Of a stretch of DNA of 64,000 bases, positions 39,934 to 51,193 are shown piece by piece. This DNA is from Minisyncoccota bacterium (GTDB taxonomy: Bacteria > Patescibacteriota > Minisyncoccia > UBA6257 > 1-14-0-10-44-23). Below the pieces are notes generated by a model that saw only the letters and a list, made by a program, of their open reading frames with translations, did not search any database and was not told where the DNA came from. How positions within the stretch are numbered: position 1 is the stretch's first letter; each line of letters starts with the position of its first letter. Location: the NCBI GenBank assembly GCA_041389085.1, contig JAWKSL010000002.1, positions 14,556 to 78,555 on the forward strand. Reading direction: 5' to 3'. The position numbers and the translations under genes were made by a program.

Positions 39934-42356
39934 ATCTCAGGGAAGGGGACTTTTGGTTCTGGTTTCTTTTCAACGACTTCAAACTTTTTCATAATTTCCG
40001 CTACCACTACTTCTTTGTCGCGTCCGTAGGTGAGGCGAGAAAATTCTACTGCTTGGTCTTTTACTGCTTGGTCTCCTGGGGTTGGTGGGAGTGTAGCGAT
40101 ACTAAATGGCTGAGAGGTTTGTCCGTTGATAAGGAGCTTGAGGTAGCAGTGGTAGTTGTCGATGTTGATAAGATCTTTTTGAGTGAAGGTTGGGCCGAAT
40201 TGTTTTTCTAAAAACTCTCCATCTTCTGCTCCAACTCTAAAGCTTGCTATCGAGCCAACGTTTCCAAACACAGACTTTTTAATCTCGTCGCTGAGCTGTC
40301 CGATAAACTGGTGGGCGATAGTAAGGTTGAGCTTATACTTTCGCGCTTCAGAAAGAATAGTTTGAATTGAGTCGGTGGTAACGTTTTGAAACTCGTCGAT
40401 GTAGAGGTAAAAAGGCTTTCGATCTTTCTCTGCTGTGTCGGTGCGAGAGAAGGAAGCCATAAGAATTTTTCCTACTATGAGCAGACCGATGAGGTTTGAG
40501 TTTAGAGCTCCGAGGCGGCCCTTTGAAAGGTTTATGAGCAGTATCTTTCCTTCGTCCATAACCTGGCGCATGTTGATCGAGCTTTTCTCTTGGGTAACTA
40601 TCGGACGCATTATTTCGTTTGAAAGGAAGGTGTCGAACTTTGAAGACACATACGGAACTATGTTTTGCAGGCTTGCTTCTCCTCCGGCTTTTTCAGCTAC
40701 TTCTTTCCAGAAGGTTTTTACGAGTGGGTTGGTTGTTTTTGAGAGCTTGTAGTTTCTAAACTCCTTATCGACAAAGACGCGGTTTATCTCAAGCAGGGTG
40801 TTGCCACTTTCTGGGTCGTCCATCACCAGCGCAGTCGCGTTTCTAAAGTACTGCTCAAACATAGGGCCACCAGCAGTCTTCATGTCGTAGAGCTTGTTAA
40901 ATATCTCAAGCAGTTCGTTGATAATGAAGGTTTTTTGTTCTGGGAAGGCTGGATCGTACTCAAGCAGGTTTAGTCCGAGTGGGCGAGATACGTCGCCTGG
41001 GTTGAAGTAGATAACGTCTTTTATGCGTTCTTTCGGAATGTGGGTGAGGAGCGTTTCACAGGCATCTCCGTGTGGATCGATAAAACAAACACCCTTTCCG
41101 TTTTGAATGTCTTGGATAGCCATGTTTTCAAGAAATACAGATTTACCAGTTCCTGTTTGACCAATTACGTAGAAGTGGCGCTCGCGGTCTTTGTCTGAGC
41201 TGCGCACTGGAATTGTTTCTGAGCGGTAAATGTTGTTTCCAAGAAGAAGGCCTTCGCGCGGAATGTTGTTTGGCACTGGAGCGTACTTTGCTTTGGTGCT
41301 AGCGAGGTTTGAAATGCCAAGCTCAGTGTTTGGTAAGTGGACTATGCTTGCGAGCTCTTCAGTTGAAAGGTAGGAAACAAAAGCCTTGTCGGGAAGGCGG
41401 AAAGAAAAGTTGTAGATAAGGCGCTGCAAGTTTCGCCCCTTTTGCCTTGCTCCTTTCCACTCGTTTACTTCTGGTTGGGTGAATTGTTGAAGCGGGTTTT
41501 CTATTTCTGAAAGGAGGGCGTCTGCTCTTTCTTGCGTTTGTGCGCTGGCTACGAGCCGAAGGTTTGTCGTGAAAAGCACTTTTTGGCTTTTGCGTTCGAT
41601 AAGGTCGATAAGGCTTTGGTTGAGTACTGGCTGGATTTGAGGAGTGTCTTCTTTCTTTTGTGCAGTGCTAGACTTTTTCATTTCTTGGCGAGCCTGAGAA
41701 ACAGTCTTTCCTTGCCTAAGGTGTTTTGAAAGGCCAAAGAGGTGTTGGTGGGCTGATGATGGAGCTTTCTCGAGTACGAGCTGAAGAACGAGCCCTTCGT
41801 TTTGCTCTGCGGCTCGAGAGAAGGCGCTTAAAATGCTTCCCAGTGGATCTGACTCTATAGACTGGTATGTTTTGAGCGGGAGGTATTTATCTTTCACCTT
41901 TAGGCTGCTGGCACTGACCGCGCTTTGTGGGTGGAAGATTGTGTAGTCTGAACTTTCCTCGATATGTGCTTGAGGATAGACTCCTTCGATAGCTTTTTGG
42001 GTACTTGCTGCATAATTCTTCGGCACTGCAAGATACATTGCTAGTTCTTTGCTGGTGCTTGGCATGGCAATTTCGAAGCTGAAGAAAACCGGGCCCTTTA
42101 GTAGGGTAGTGAGCTTGCCAACGCGGATGTTTGAGAGCTGGCTAAAAAGCTGCTCCATCATCGCTATTTTTTCTTTAAGGTTTTGGCTGCCTTGAGGTCT
42201 ATCTTCTTTGTTGAGCTCGCGCGGGAGTTGGATTTTTAGAAGTTTGAGTTGAAGGGAACGCTTGATAGCGTTTTTCTTCTGGAGACGCTGAAGAAGCCAA
42301 AATATGAGAACGGCGAGTACGACTAGGATTATAAGTATTGAAACAACAAGCTTCAT
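39930..42356 (-). CDS. second VirD4/TraD-like ATPase with an N-terminal anchor
   Basis: Walker A GQTGTGKS; FIDPHGD; LYIDEFQN; SEARKY. Confidence 0.9.
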   Translation of the reverse strand: MKLVVSILIILVVLAVLIFWLLQRLQKKNAIKRSLQLKLLKIQLPRELNKEDRPQGSQNLKEKIAMMEQLFSQLSNIRVGKLTTLLKGPVFFSFEIAMPSTSKELAMYLAVPKNYAASTQKAIEGVYPQAHIEESSDYTIFHPQSAVSASSLKVKDKYLPLKTYQSIESDPLGSILSAFSRAAEQNEGLVLQLVLEKAPSSAHQHLFGLSKHLRQGKTVSQARQEMKKSSTAQKKEDTPQIQPVLNQSLIDLIERKSQKVLFTTNLRLVASAQTQERADALLSEIENPLQQFTQPEVNEWKGARQKGRNLQRLIYNFSFRLPDKAFVSYLSTEELASIVHLPNTELGISNLASTKAKYAPVPNNIPREGLLLGNNIYRSETIPVRSSDKDRERHFYVIGQTGTGKSVFLENMAIQDIQNGKGVCFIDPHGDACETLLTHIPKERIKDVIYFNPGDVSRPLGLNLLEYDPAFPEQKTFIINELLEIFNKLYDMKTAGGPMFEQYFRNATALVMDDPESGNTLLEINRVFVDKEFRNYKLSKTTNPLVKTFWKEVAEKAGGEASLQNIVPYVSSKFDTFLSNEIMRPIVTQEKSSINMRQVMDEGKILLINLSKGRLGALNSNLIGLLIVGKILMASFSRTDTAEKDRKPFYLYIDEFQNVTTDSIQTILSEARKYKLNLTIAHQFIGQLSDEIKKSVFGNVGSIASFRVGAEDGEFLEKQFGPTFTQKDLINIDNYHCYLKLLINGQTSQPFSIATLPPTPGDQAVKDQAVEFSRLTYGRDKEVVVAEIMKKFEVVEKKPEPKVPFPEI

Positions 42357-42366
42357 TATTGAGCTT

Positions 42367-42768
42367 TTAGTTATCTATTTTTCTTGCTTGAAGAAGTTTT
42401 TCGTAATATTCGTCTACGAGTTTGTCGTGGAGCGAGTCTACTATGTAGGCGTCTCCAGTTTTTCGTGCATCTGCTACTGCTTTTGCTATTCCTTTAGTAA
42501 GTGACTCTTCGAGGAGGTGGTTGAGCGCCTGCTGCGCTTGGTCGGTAAGCTGTGTGTTTGGCGCGGTAGCTTGCACTTGCTGGGTTTGGTCGTGTGCTAC
42601 AAACTCGCTGGTGCTTTGAGCCTCTTCTTGAATGTGATCCTTGAGTACTTCAGAGAAGGCAGGCTTCTCTTCAAACGCCATGCCTTTTTCTGCCGCTTCC
42701 TTTTTCTTCTCTTGCAGTTTTTGTTCTAGACTTTCTATTTCTTTTTGGAAAATATCGCTTTCGTTCAT
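42367..42768 (-). CDS. hypothetical protein
   Basis: co-oriented with the ATPase; AYIVDSLHDKL. Confidence 0.75.
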   Translation of the reverse strand: MNESDIFQKEIESLEQKLQEKKKEAAEKGMAFEEKPAFSEVLKDHIQEEAQSTSEFVAHDQTQQVQATAPNTQLTDQAQQALNHLLEESLTKGIAKAVADARKTGDAYIVDSLHDKLVDEYYEKLLQARKIDN

Positions 42769-42818
42769 GGTAAAATCTATATGTAGTATTAGCTGAATTA
42801 TATCACGAGCTTTTCTAT

Positions 42819-43352
42819 ATGAAGCTGTTTGACGATGTAAATTTTCACATGCACGAGGAGGCCTCGCGGCTGCTGTTTAATGTACTCGCAGCTTTTATTG
42901 TGACCTTCGTTTTGGCCCACGTATATTCGCTTCTTGTGCCTTGGTACGTCTTTATTGCTGGATACCACATACACCACTTCTACCACGGTATGGTCTTACT
43001 CGCGATCTCCGCTATCGTTGGTATCGTAACTATTAACGACAAAGTTCGTCATTTCTTTAGTTATGTGGTTGGTATCGGAATAGGGCTGATTATTGATGAG
43101 CTTGGACTGCTACTAAGCTGTACGGGGGAAAGGATCGACATTAGTTGTAGATACTTTTTTCCGAGTCGGTTTGACGCTGTGGCTATAGTCTCTGCGATAC
43201 TTCTCATTTTTATATTCTTTGGGGATAAGCCGATACATTGGTTTTTGCCGAAAAGTTGGCACGTACATCCGGCTATGGATAAGAGTGTGGGGCAGCACGT
43301 AACCGATCTTGGAAAGGCGATTGGTAAGAAAATAACAAACACGAACAGTTAG
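42819..43352 (+). CDS. membrane protein with His motif
   Basis: GYHIHHFYHG, GIGLIIDE; four TM helices. Confidence 0.75.
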   Translation: MKLFDDVNFHMHEEASRLLFNVLAAFIVTFVLAHVYSLLVPWYVFIAGYHIHHFYHGMVLLAISAIVGIVTINDKVRHFFSYVVGIGIGLIIDELGLLLSCTGERIDISCRYFFPSRFDAVAIVSAILLIFIFFGDKPIHWFLPKSWHVHPAMDKSVGQHVTDLGKAIGKKITNTNS

Positions 43353-43354
43353 AT

Positions 43355-44926
43355 ATGAAAAAGCACAAAAAACACACAAGCGAGGCAGCTCACCATGATG
43401 CCTCAATGATTCACCTTCCGAAGGTGAAAAAGCGAAAGATTAGTGGCGCTGGGTAGCACTAGGCGCTTTTGGGCTTTATCGTATTTTCAATTGTTCGTGC
43501 GGCCTTAGCTCCCGTTGAATACGAAACTGAAATGGTAAGTCGTGCTGATCTTGAAAAAACTATCAGTGTGACGGGGCAGATTCACTCAAAGCAGACTGCG
43601 GTGGTGAGCTTCCCGGTAACTGGTACGCTTTCAGAGCTCAATTTTGAAGTAGGTGAATATGTAGAGGAGGGGCAGGTGCTCGCTCGCCTTCGTGCAAGCG
43701 ACATAGTGCGCTCACTTACTCAGGCTCAAGCAGAGTACAACGCTGCTCTTACTGCACTAAGCAACGAGTCGCTTCAGCGCGATGACCGCGTGAGCGAAAA
43801 CAACCAAGACCTTCGCGATACTTATGCGAGCGCGCCTTCAGTATTTTCTGATATTTATGTGTACGCACAGCAGGCTCAAAACACCTTTGAGAGCTTTATC
43901 GATTCAGATGGAGATAGAGTGCAGGACGATCTTGATGACTCAATTCAGGGAGATAAGTGGATCGATGGGATAAATAACAGCGTGTGGCCAAACAGAAAGG
44001 CACTCAAAAAGCTCACTACGCTTCTTGCAAACTTCCCAATCGGGGCTAGCGATGAAACCGTAGATGAAACTTTGGCGCAGGTGCGTCCAGAGCTTCTAAC
44101 GATTCGAACCGGGCTCGTAGCTCTGCAATCAGCTCTCTACCAGGTAGATGAAGACGATATTGCAGCTGCTACGCTTTCAGCCTACCGAAGCGATGTGACT
44201 GACGCAATATCCGACATAAACGCAGCACTTAGTGCCGAGTTCGAGCTTGGAAACGACATTGCCAACCAGGGAGAGACAAACTCGTTTAACTTCAACGACA
44301 CTCAAGCAAACTACAACAGTCAGCTTGCGACAGTAAACGTAAAAGAGGCTGCTCTTTCTCGTGCACAGGGAGACTTGAGCGATACGGTGCTTAGAGCGCC
44401 AATCAGTGGAATTATCGCTCGAAAGAGCTTTGAGATAGGAGAGCGTGTAAGTGCTGGCTCTGAGGTTTATTACATTATCGATGCTGATAATCTTGAGATT
44501 CGTGCAAACGTGCCAGAAGTAGACATTGGCGACCTATCAAGTGCTCAGTCTATCTTTGCTATCTTCGACGCGCTGAGCTTCGATGAAGAGTTTGGACTTA
44601 GCCTTGAGCGCATCGATCCAGACCAGACAAACATAGACGGAGTTGTTTACTACCGCAGTATTTTTACCATCAACGACTTAGATGAGCGCTTTAAGCCAGG
44701 AATGAGCGCTGACGTAACTGTCGTGGTAGATAGTAAGGAAAATGTGCTTTCTATACCGCGCCGAGTTGTTGCTGGCCAAAATGGTACTGCAACGGTGCGT
44801 GTGCTTACTGAAAACAACGAAGTAGAGGAGCGTGAAGTAAAGCTTGGGCTTAGAGGAGACTTCTTGGTTGAAGTTTTGTCTGGCCTCTCAGAGGGAGAAA
44901 ACATAATTTTATCGGAGCGTGAATAA
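43355..44926 (+). CDS. efflux periplasmic adaptor (MacA-like); the true start appears frameshifted relative to ORF 43469
   Basis: GEYVEEGQVLARL, LRAPISG, KPGMSADV, EVLSGLSEGE. Confidence 0.85.
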
Positions 44927-45647
44927 ACCACTTGTTGAGCTTAAAGGTATTGAGAAAGTGTATGGGAATGGAGAAACAGTAACTCGTGCACTTGCTGGTA
45001 TAGACCTTGAAATACAGGAAGGGGAGTTTGTATCGATTATGGGGCCAAGCGGTAGCGGAAAAAGCACGCTCATGCACATCCTTGGTTTCTTAGATAAGCC
45101 TTCAAAGGGGAGCTACCACTTCAGTGGAAAGCTTATTCACTTTTCTGACGACGACTACCTTGCTGCTCTACGCAACAAGACTACCGGCTTTATCTTCCAG
45201 GCTTTCAACCTGCTTCCGCGAACAACTGTGCTTGATAACGTGATTTTGCCATTGCTTTATGCTGGCGAGCACTCAAAGGAACATATGCGTGAGCGTGGGC
45301 TTGCTGTGCTTGATGCTGTTGGTATGAGCCACCGAGTTGGGCACTTCTCAAATCAGCTTTCTGGAGGAGAGAAGCAGCGCGTTGCTATCGCTCGCTCGCT
45401 TATCAACGATCCGAAAGTTATCTTTGCTGACGAGCCAACAGGAAACTTGGATAGTAAGAGCGGAAGCCAGATTATGGAAATCCTTCAAGATTTAAACGAA
45501 GAGGGGCGCACCATTATTCTTGTAACTCACGAAAGTTTTGCCGCAGAGGCAGCTAAGCGCATTGTGCACATCAAAGACGGCTCCATCCTCAACGATAGTG
45601 TTGTGAAGAAGCGCCGCATCGCAAAGAAGGGAGAGTTTCTTAAGTAG
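44919..45647 (+). CDS. ABC transporter ATP-binding protein (MacB/LolD type)
   Basis: [31 protein letters not shown]. Confidence 0.95.
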   Translation: MNKPLVELKGIEKVYGNGETVTRALAGIDLEIQEGEFVSIMGPSGSGKSTLMHILGFLDKPSKGSYHFSGKLIHFSDDDYLAALRNKTTGFIFQAFNLLPRTTVLDNVILPLLYAGEHSKEHMRERGLAVLDAVGMSHRVGHFSNQLSGGEKQRVAIARSLINDPKVIFADEPTGNLDSKSGSQIMEILQDLNEEGRTIILVTHESFAAEAAKRIVHIKDGSILNDSVVKKRRIAKKGEFLK

Positions 45648-45653
45648 GTATTT

Positions 45654-46889
45654 ATGGACTTTATTGAGAATTTTAACACAGCGCTTCGAGCATTGCGCGT
45701 TAATAAAGGACGAAGTTTTTTGACTATGCTTGGCATAATCATCGGGATTTCATCCTTTATTTTGGTGAACTCTTTGGGAGCTGGTGCTCAGAGTCTTATT
45801 CTTGATCAGGTCCGTCGCATTGGTTCTAACCTTGTTGCTGTACTTCCGGGAGCTAGTGAGGAAAACGGCCCTCCTGCTGGAGTGTTTGGAATTCAGATAA
45901 CTACACTTAAGCGCGAAGATATAGAAGTGTTGGCAAAGAATATTCCTGCTGTTGAAGCGAGCACCGGCTATGTACAAGGGGCGGAGATAATGACGTTTGA
46001 AAACGAAAGCCGTGCGTATAGCTACTTTGGAACTATGGCTACCTATCCATTGGTGCAAAACAGTAGCGTTGAGAAGGGGAGGTTTTTTTCTGAAGAAGAA
46101 GAGCGAAGCGGTGCGCGCGTAGTGGTGCTTGGAAGCGAAGTGGCTGAGGAAATGTTTCCAAACGTAGACCCGATTGGGAAGCGCGTGAAGCTTCAAACAG
46201 GGAGCTTTCGCGTGATTGGTGTGCTTAAAGAGCGTGGGGCGACTGCTTTTCAAAACTTTGATACGGTATTTTTCGTGCCGCTTACAACAGCGCAAAACCA
46301 GATGCTTGGTATTCGCTACTTAAACCTTGCTCACTTAAAAATCTCAGATGAAAGTGCCCTTCCTGCGGCTATGGAGCAGGCGAGAGAAATACTGCGTGAG
46401 CGACATAAAATTTCAAACCCTGAGGCTGATGACTTTCGCGTAAGCTCTACGGCAGAAATCTTGAGCTTGCTTACTACAGTAACTAACGCCTTGAAATTCT
46501 TCCTTGTTGGTATTGCTGCTATGAGTTTGATTGTAGGAGGGGTTGGGATTATGAACATTATGTATGTCAGCGTGTCTGAGAGAAGCTACGAAGTAGGCCT
46601 TCGAAAGGCAGTTGGCGCTCCATACATGCGCATACTTTCGCAGTTTTTAACTGAGGCGATCATTGTGACTTTGATCGGAGGAATTGTTGGTATACTGCTT
46701 GGCGTACTTTTAAGCTTTTTGATCGCTACGGTTGTTACGCTCCTTGGGTTTACCTGGGAGTTTGTAGTTCCTGTAAGCTCGGTCGTACTTTCATTTGTAA
46801 TTTCCAGCGCTGTAGGGCTTTTCTTTGGCGTGTATCCCGCCAAGAAAGCGGCCGATATGACGCCGATCGAAGCATTGAGGTCAAACTAA
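45654..46889 (+). CDS. ABC permease (MacB/FtsX type)
   Basis: RSFLTMLGIIIG, VGGVGIMNIM. Confidence 0.93.
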   Translation: MDFIENFNTALRALRVNKGRSFLTMLGIIIGISSFILVNSLGAGAQSLILDQVRRIGSNLVAVLPGASEENGPPAGVFGIQITTLKREDIEVLAKNIPAVEASTGYVQGAEIMTFENESRAYSYFGTMATYPLVQNSSVEKGRFFSEEEERSGARVVVLGSEVAEEMFPNVDPIGKRVKLQTGSFRVIGVLKERGATAFQNFDTVFFVPLTTAQNQMLGIRYLNLAHLKISDESALPAAMEQAREILRERHKISNPEADDFRVSSTAEILSLLTTVTNALKFFLVGIAAMSLIVGGVGIMNIMYVSVSERSYEVGLRKAVGAPYMRILSQFLTEAIIVTLIGGIVGILLGVLLSFLIATVVTLLGFTWEFVVPVSSVVLSFVISSAVGLFFGVYPAKKAADMTPIEALRSN

Positions 46890-46890
46890 T

Positions 46891-48117
46891 ATGAAGCCCT
46901 TTCTAAGAATGTTTTCTATAGCTATGAGTGCCATTCGCTCGCAAATGAGTCGAAGCGTTTTGACGATGCTTGGGATAGTTATCGGCATTATGCTGGTGAC
47001 TATTGTTATGAGCGTTGGTGCAGCTGTAGAAGCCTTTATTATTGGCCAGGTAGAAAGCTTTGGAAGCGACGTTATATCTGTAGAGGTGCGCGCTCCCGGG
47101 CTTGGAAACGCTGGCGTGGGGATAGTCGTCACTACGATGAAGATAGCGGATGCTACGGCTATCGCTAAGCTTCCCGATGTGGACGAAACATATGCTGGCT
47201 ACTTAAGCCAAGCTGCTGTATCGGTAGATGGGCGTATAAAGAAGGCAAATCTTTTTGGTGTGAGCGAGGCGTACGTGAGAATAGACGATGCGCCTATAGC
47301 TCAGGGGCGATTTTTCTCTGAAGATGAAGACCGTTCGCTATCGCGCGTTGTTGTTTTGGGTAGCGAGATAGCGGAAACATTTTTCCCTTCCGGAAACGCG
47401 GTTTCAAACTCGATTAAAATAGACGGAAGCAACTATCGAATTATTGGTGTGTTTGAGCCACGTGGGGCTGCTGGTTTTTTTGATCGCGACAATATAGTAG
47501 TTATGCCAGTGCAGACTTTGCAGAGCCAAATAGCTGGAGTGGACTACGTATCGTTCATCGTGGCGAACTTGAACGATGCTGATAAGGCACTTCGGGCAAA
47601 AGCTGACATAGAGGAGCTGATGCGTGTGCGCCACAAGATATCTTCACCTGATAGAGACGACTTTGCAGTGTTTACTATTCAGGAAGCCAGGGAGCTCACC
47701 GGAACTATTTTGTTTGGTTTGCAAATTTTGCTTCTCGCCTTGGCGAGTATATCGCTTGTAGTAGGAGGGGTGGGAATTATGAACATTATGTACGTCAGTG
47801 TTTCGGAGCGTACGTTTGAAATAGGGCTTAGAAAGGCTATTGGAGCTCGGTATAAAGACGTGCTTTTGCAGTTTCTTATCGAGGCGAGTGTTTTGACTCT
47901 TTTGGGCGGAATAATTGGCATAGCGCTTGGAATAGGGGTTTCTTACTTGGCTTCAGTCTTTGCTCAGAAAGCAGGCTTTGACTGGCAGTTTATCGTTGGA
48001 TTTGGATCTATATTTGTAGCCCTTGGGTTTTCTATGGCCGTTGGCATTATCTTCGGACTCGCCCCTGCTAAAAAAGCTGCGAAACTTGAGCCTATAACGG
48101 CTTTGCGCTACGAATAG
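46891..48117 (+). CDS. ABC permease (MacB/FtsX type), paralog
   Basis: RSVLTMLGIVIG, VGGVGIMNIM. Confidence 0.93.
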   Translation: MKPFLRMFSIAMSAIRSQMSRSVLTMLGIVIGIMLVTIVMSVGAAVEAFIIGQVESFGSDVISVEVRAPGLGNAGVGIVVTTMKIADATAIAKLPDVDETYAGYLSQAAVSVDGRIKKANLFGVSEAYVRIDDAPIAQGRFFSEDEDRSLSRVVVLGSEIAETFFPSGNAVSNSIKIDGSNYRIIGVFEPRGAAGFFDRDNIVVMPVQTLQSQIAGVDYVSFIVANLNDADKALRAKADIEELMRVRHKISSPDRDDFAVFTIQEARELTGTILFGLQILLLALASISLVVGGVGIMNIMYVSVSERTFEIGLRKAIGARYKDVLLQFLIEASVLTLLGGIIGIALGIGVSYLASVFAQKAGFDWQFIVGFGSIFVALGFSMAVGIIFGLAPAKKAAKLEPITALRYE

Positions 48118-48140
48118 CCGCTCTGATATACTGAGGGCAT

Positions 48141-49106
48141 ATGAAAAATATCAATACCGCAAGAGATTTCTTTTTGTATCTTTTTGCGACTGTGGCTGCT
48201 ATCTTTAGCGCCGTAAACATTATCGTATTGCTCTGGCAATACATAAATTATTTCTTCCCAGCTCCGTTTAGCTACTATTACGACGGGGTGAGTGGAGCTA
48301 TGAGATTTTCCATCTCAAGCTTAATCATCATCTTCCCACTCTACGTGTGGGTGATGTGGAGTCTTGGAAAAGACATCGATAGGCACCCTGAAAAGAAAGA
48401 CTTCTGGGTGCGCAAGTGGCTTATCTACATAACGCTTTTTGTAGCAGCGATGACCATGATTGTAGACTTGGTTGTTGTACTTAACACTTTCCTTGGCGGA
48501 GACTTTGCCGCTCGCTTTGTATTGAAGGCGCTTGCAGTGCTTGTTGTAGCGGCTGCGGTGTTTTCTTACTACACCTTCAACTTGAAGCGTGAGAGTGGGA
48601 AAGGACTTTCTACTCGAAAGACAATTGCTTGGGTGTCTTCAACAGTGCTTCTTGCTTTGATCGTTGGTGCATTCTTCATCGTAGGTAGCCCTGCGACAAG
48701 CCAAGACAAGCAGCTTGATAGCGAGCGTGTAGCCCACTTGAGCCAAATACAGTGGCAGGTGCTCGACCACTGGCGCCAGTCTGACGTACTTCCAGAAACT
48801 CTCGATGAGCTTAACGATCCTATAATTGGATTTGAAACTCCACGCGATCCAGAGACTCGCGAAGACTACGAATACACTAAGACTTCTGACCTTAGCTTCG
48901 AGCTCTGCGCTACCTTTGCAAGCGAGAGCCGAGACTTCGATCCTGAAGCCACCGATAGCTACGACGAGCGCGCAGCTATCGATTCTGGTGCCTACTATGG
49001 TGGGTATGAAGATTCTCGCTTCTGGCAACACGGAGAAGGAAGAACTTGCTTCGAGAGAACGATAGACCCTGAGAAGCACGCAGCTCCAAAGCCAGTTTAC
49101 TACTAG
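48141..49106 (+). CDS. DUF5671-like membrane protein
   Basis: ARDFFLYL, RKWLIYITLF, DPET...YEY...FELCATF. Confidence 0.75.
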   Translation: MKNINTARDFFLYLFATVAAIFSAVNIIVLLWQYINYFFPAPFSYYYDGVSGAMRFSISSLIIIFPLYVWVMWSLGKDIDRHPEKKDFWVRKWLIYITLFVAAMTMIVDLVVVLNTFLGGDFAARFVLKALAVLVVAAAVFSYYTFNLKRESGKGLSTRKTIAWVSSTVLLALIVGAFFIVGSPATSQDKQLDSERVAHLSQIQWQVLDHWRQSDVLPETLDELNDPIIGFETPRDPETREDYEYTKTSDLSFELCATFASESRDFDPEATDSYDERAAIDSGAYYGGYEDSRFWQHGEGRTCFERTIDPEKHAAPKPVYY

Positions 49107-49157
49107 TATAAAAATGCTGAGAGCCGCCAACCCTAACGGGATGGCGGCTCTTTGCGT

Positions 49158-50042
49158 TCAGGCGAGCTCTCGTACAGGCGCGGCGGTGAGCCGAATCTGC
49201 ATGCGCTTGCTGCGCATCTTGATGTTTTTGGTGATGCCGAACCACTGGAGGGTCCAGATGAGGTAGCCTGTTGTGTCTACCTGCCACCATTTTTCGCCTT
49301 GGAACATCCACCACTTCTCATGGTGATGGTTGTTGTGCCAGCCCTCGCCACCCACAAGGAGCGCGAGGAGGAAGCTGTTGCGACTGGTGTCTTTCGTCTG
49401 GTAGGGACGCTTGCCCCAGAGGTGTGCCAGAGTGTTGATGGTGCTGGTAGCCTCTCCGAGCACTGCGGTGCTCAGGAAGAAAGAAATCAGCAAGCAACTC
49501 CACCCTCCGTAGAGGTAGCACGCTAGGCCCAGAAGGGCGAAGGGTACTATCTGTAGCCTCTCGAGCCACATGAGCTCGGGGAACTTGGCGAAGTCGGGGA
49601 TCTTCTTCTTGTAGTCGAGCTTGGGCCACCTGCTCAAGAACCAGCCCCACTGAGCGTAGGCAAAGCCGTGCTGAGTCGGGGAGTGCTTGTCGATGGGCTC
49701 GTCGCTGTTCCTGTGGTGGTCGCGATGTTCAGCTGCCCACCAAAGCGGGCCCTTTTGCATCGCGGTGCAACAGATCGCTCCCAGAACGAATTGAGAGAAG
49801 CGCTGGAAGCGCAACTCGTAGGTTCGGTGTGAGAAGTAGCGATGAAGACCGCCGGCTACCGCAAGCGCGCGTACGCGCCAGAGGATGAAGCCAAGCAGGT
49901 AGTCGCGCCAGCTTGCGTCGATGACGCCAGTAGCGTGAAGGACGATGCCCAGAACACCGAGAGTCTTCACGAGGAGGAACCCGATGGTGGTAGGGCTGAG
50001 CCAGTCGACCTTGGGCCGAGCAGCGTTTGTCGCCGTAGTCAT
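49158..50042 (-). CDS. delta-9 type fatty acid (acyl-CoA) desaturase
   Basis: three His boxes HRYFSH, HRDHH, GEGWHNNHH. Confidence 0.92.
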   Translation of the reverse strand: MTTATNAARPKVDWLSPTTIGFLLVKTLGVLGIVLHATGVIDASWRDYLLGFILWRVRALAVAGGLHRYFSHRTYELRFQRFSQFVLGAICCTAMQKGPLWWAAEHRDHHRNSDEPIDKHSPTQHGFAYAQWGWFLSRWPKLDYKKKIPDFAKFPELMWLERLQIVPFALLGLACYLYGGWSCLLISFFLSTAVLGEATSTINTLAHLWGKRPYQTKDTSRNSFLLALLVGGEGWHNNHHHEKWWMFQGEKWWQVDTTGYLIWTLQWFGITKNIKMRSKRMQIRLTAAPVRELA

Positions 50043-50111
50043 TTACTGACCTCTCTTTCGGCCTTTGGCCAGTGGTGCAAGGGGAATTCCTTACCCCTCT
50101 AGATTAGCACG

Positions 50112-50728
50112 TTAGCGTTTTCGAATGTAAGGCTTGACTGGTATGAGGAAACAAGACCCTATAAGGGAGATAGCGACTACTGCACCGATCAGGATTGGGA
50201 AGCCTTGGTTTGTCGCTATATACCCTCCGACTGCTGCAAAGGCTGCGCTGGTGATGTCGGTAAGAGTAAAGTAAACGCCCCACTCAACTCCTTCTTTTGC
50301 TCTGTCGATATGGCGGGTAAACATAGCCATGTAGGTAGGGAAGGTGAAGGCAGTGAAAATTCCGTAGATAAACTGCACGAGGTAAAGCTCTCCTGGGGTG
50401 TCGACGATGAGGTAGGTGAGTGGCATAAGGGAAATAAGGAAGGTAAAAACTATCATGAGCCAGAAGTCGTCTTTCTCGCCACGAATTTTGTCGATGATGT
50501 GAGCTATCGGAATTTGTAAAATGCTTTTGGTGAATAGGAAGATGGCAGCGGAAATTCCGGCTACTTCCGCGCTTCCGCCAACGATAAAGTCTTCAACAAA
50601 GAGTGCGAAGATAGGGCCTTAGGAGTCCTGAGGCACCGATGAGGATGGTGTCGGACATAATAAGGAAGCGCACTACGGGGTTTATATCGGCAAGGAAGTA
50701 GTGCATTTTTGATACTGCACGCTTTGTA
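50112..50728 (-). CDS. small MFS-like membrane protein, frameshifted in the 5' third
   Basis: PIFALFVEDFIVGG, QIPIAHIIDKIRGEKDDF, FTRHID fragments; start uncertain. Confidence 0.6.
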
Positions 50729-50776
50729 TGGTGGTTCATATAGCTTCATTATAGGGCAGGTTTTACCCTGCCTAAA

Positions 50777-50979
50777 TTTAACGGCTCACAAACTCCAAGG
50801 AAGTACCGAATCGCGAAGTTTAACGGCTCACACGTACGTGTGAGCCGTTAAACTGGCTAGGCATCCCCAGTCTTGGCTGTCTTTCGCCCTTGCGGGCTCA
50901 AGACGAAGACTGAGAAGCCGTTAAAAGGATTGCCTAGAATGCAGTATTTATGCCTATTCTGTCCGTGTGAGCCGTTTAA
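50777..50979. repeat. cluster of AACGGCTCACAC palindrome-family copies and nested hairpins
   Basis: perfect 38-bp palindrome 50817-50854; half copies at 50777-50790, about 50916 and 50965-50979. Confidence 0.8.
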
Positions 50980-51018
50980 CTTGATTCTTATCTCTTAATT
51001 CTATATTCTAGTCCTATT

Positions 51019-51109
51019 GGAGAGGTGGCTGAGTGGTCGAAGGCGGCTGTCTTGAAAACAGTTGGGGGTTCATAGCCTCCCGTGGGTTCGAATCCCACCC
51101 TCTCCGCCA
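51019..51109 (+). tRNA. tRNA-Ser(TGA)
   Basis: acceptor ggagagg/cctctcc; loop cttgaaa; encoded CCA. Confidence 0.95.
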
Positions 51110-51160
51110 AAGTCGAGATCCGAGCGCCCCTTGGGATCTGTTTTCTGTGGATAACTCATC

Positions 51161-51188
51161 TTGTATTAGCTTTTACTTTTTGTATAAT
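51161..51188 (+). promoter_or_regulatory. sigma70 promoter of the RT locus
   Basis: TTGTAT 51161-51166, 16 bp, TATAAT 51183-51188. Confidence 0.65.
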
Positions 51189-51193
51189 ATATA

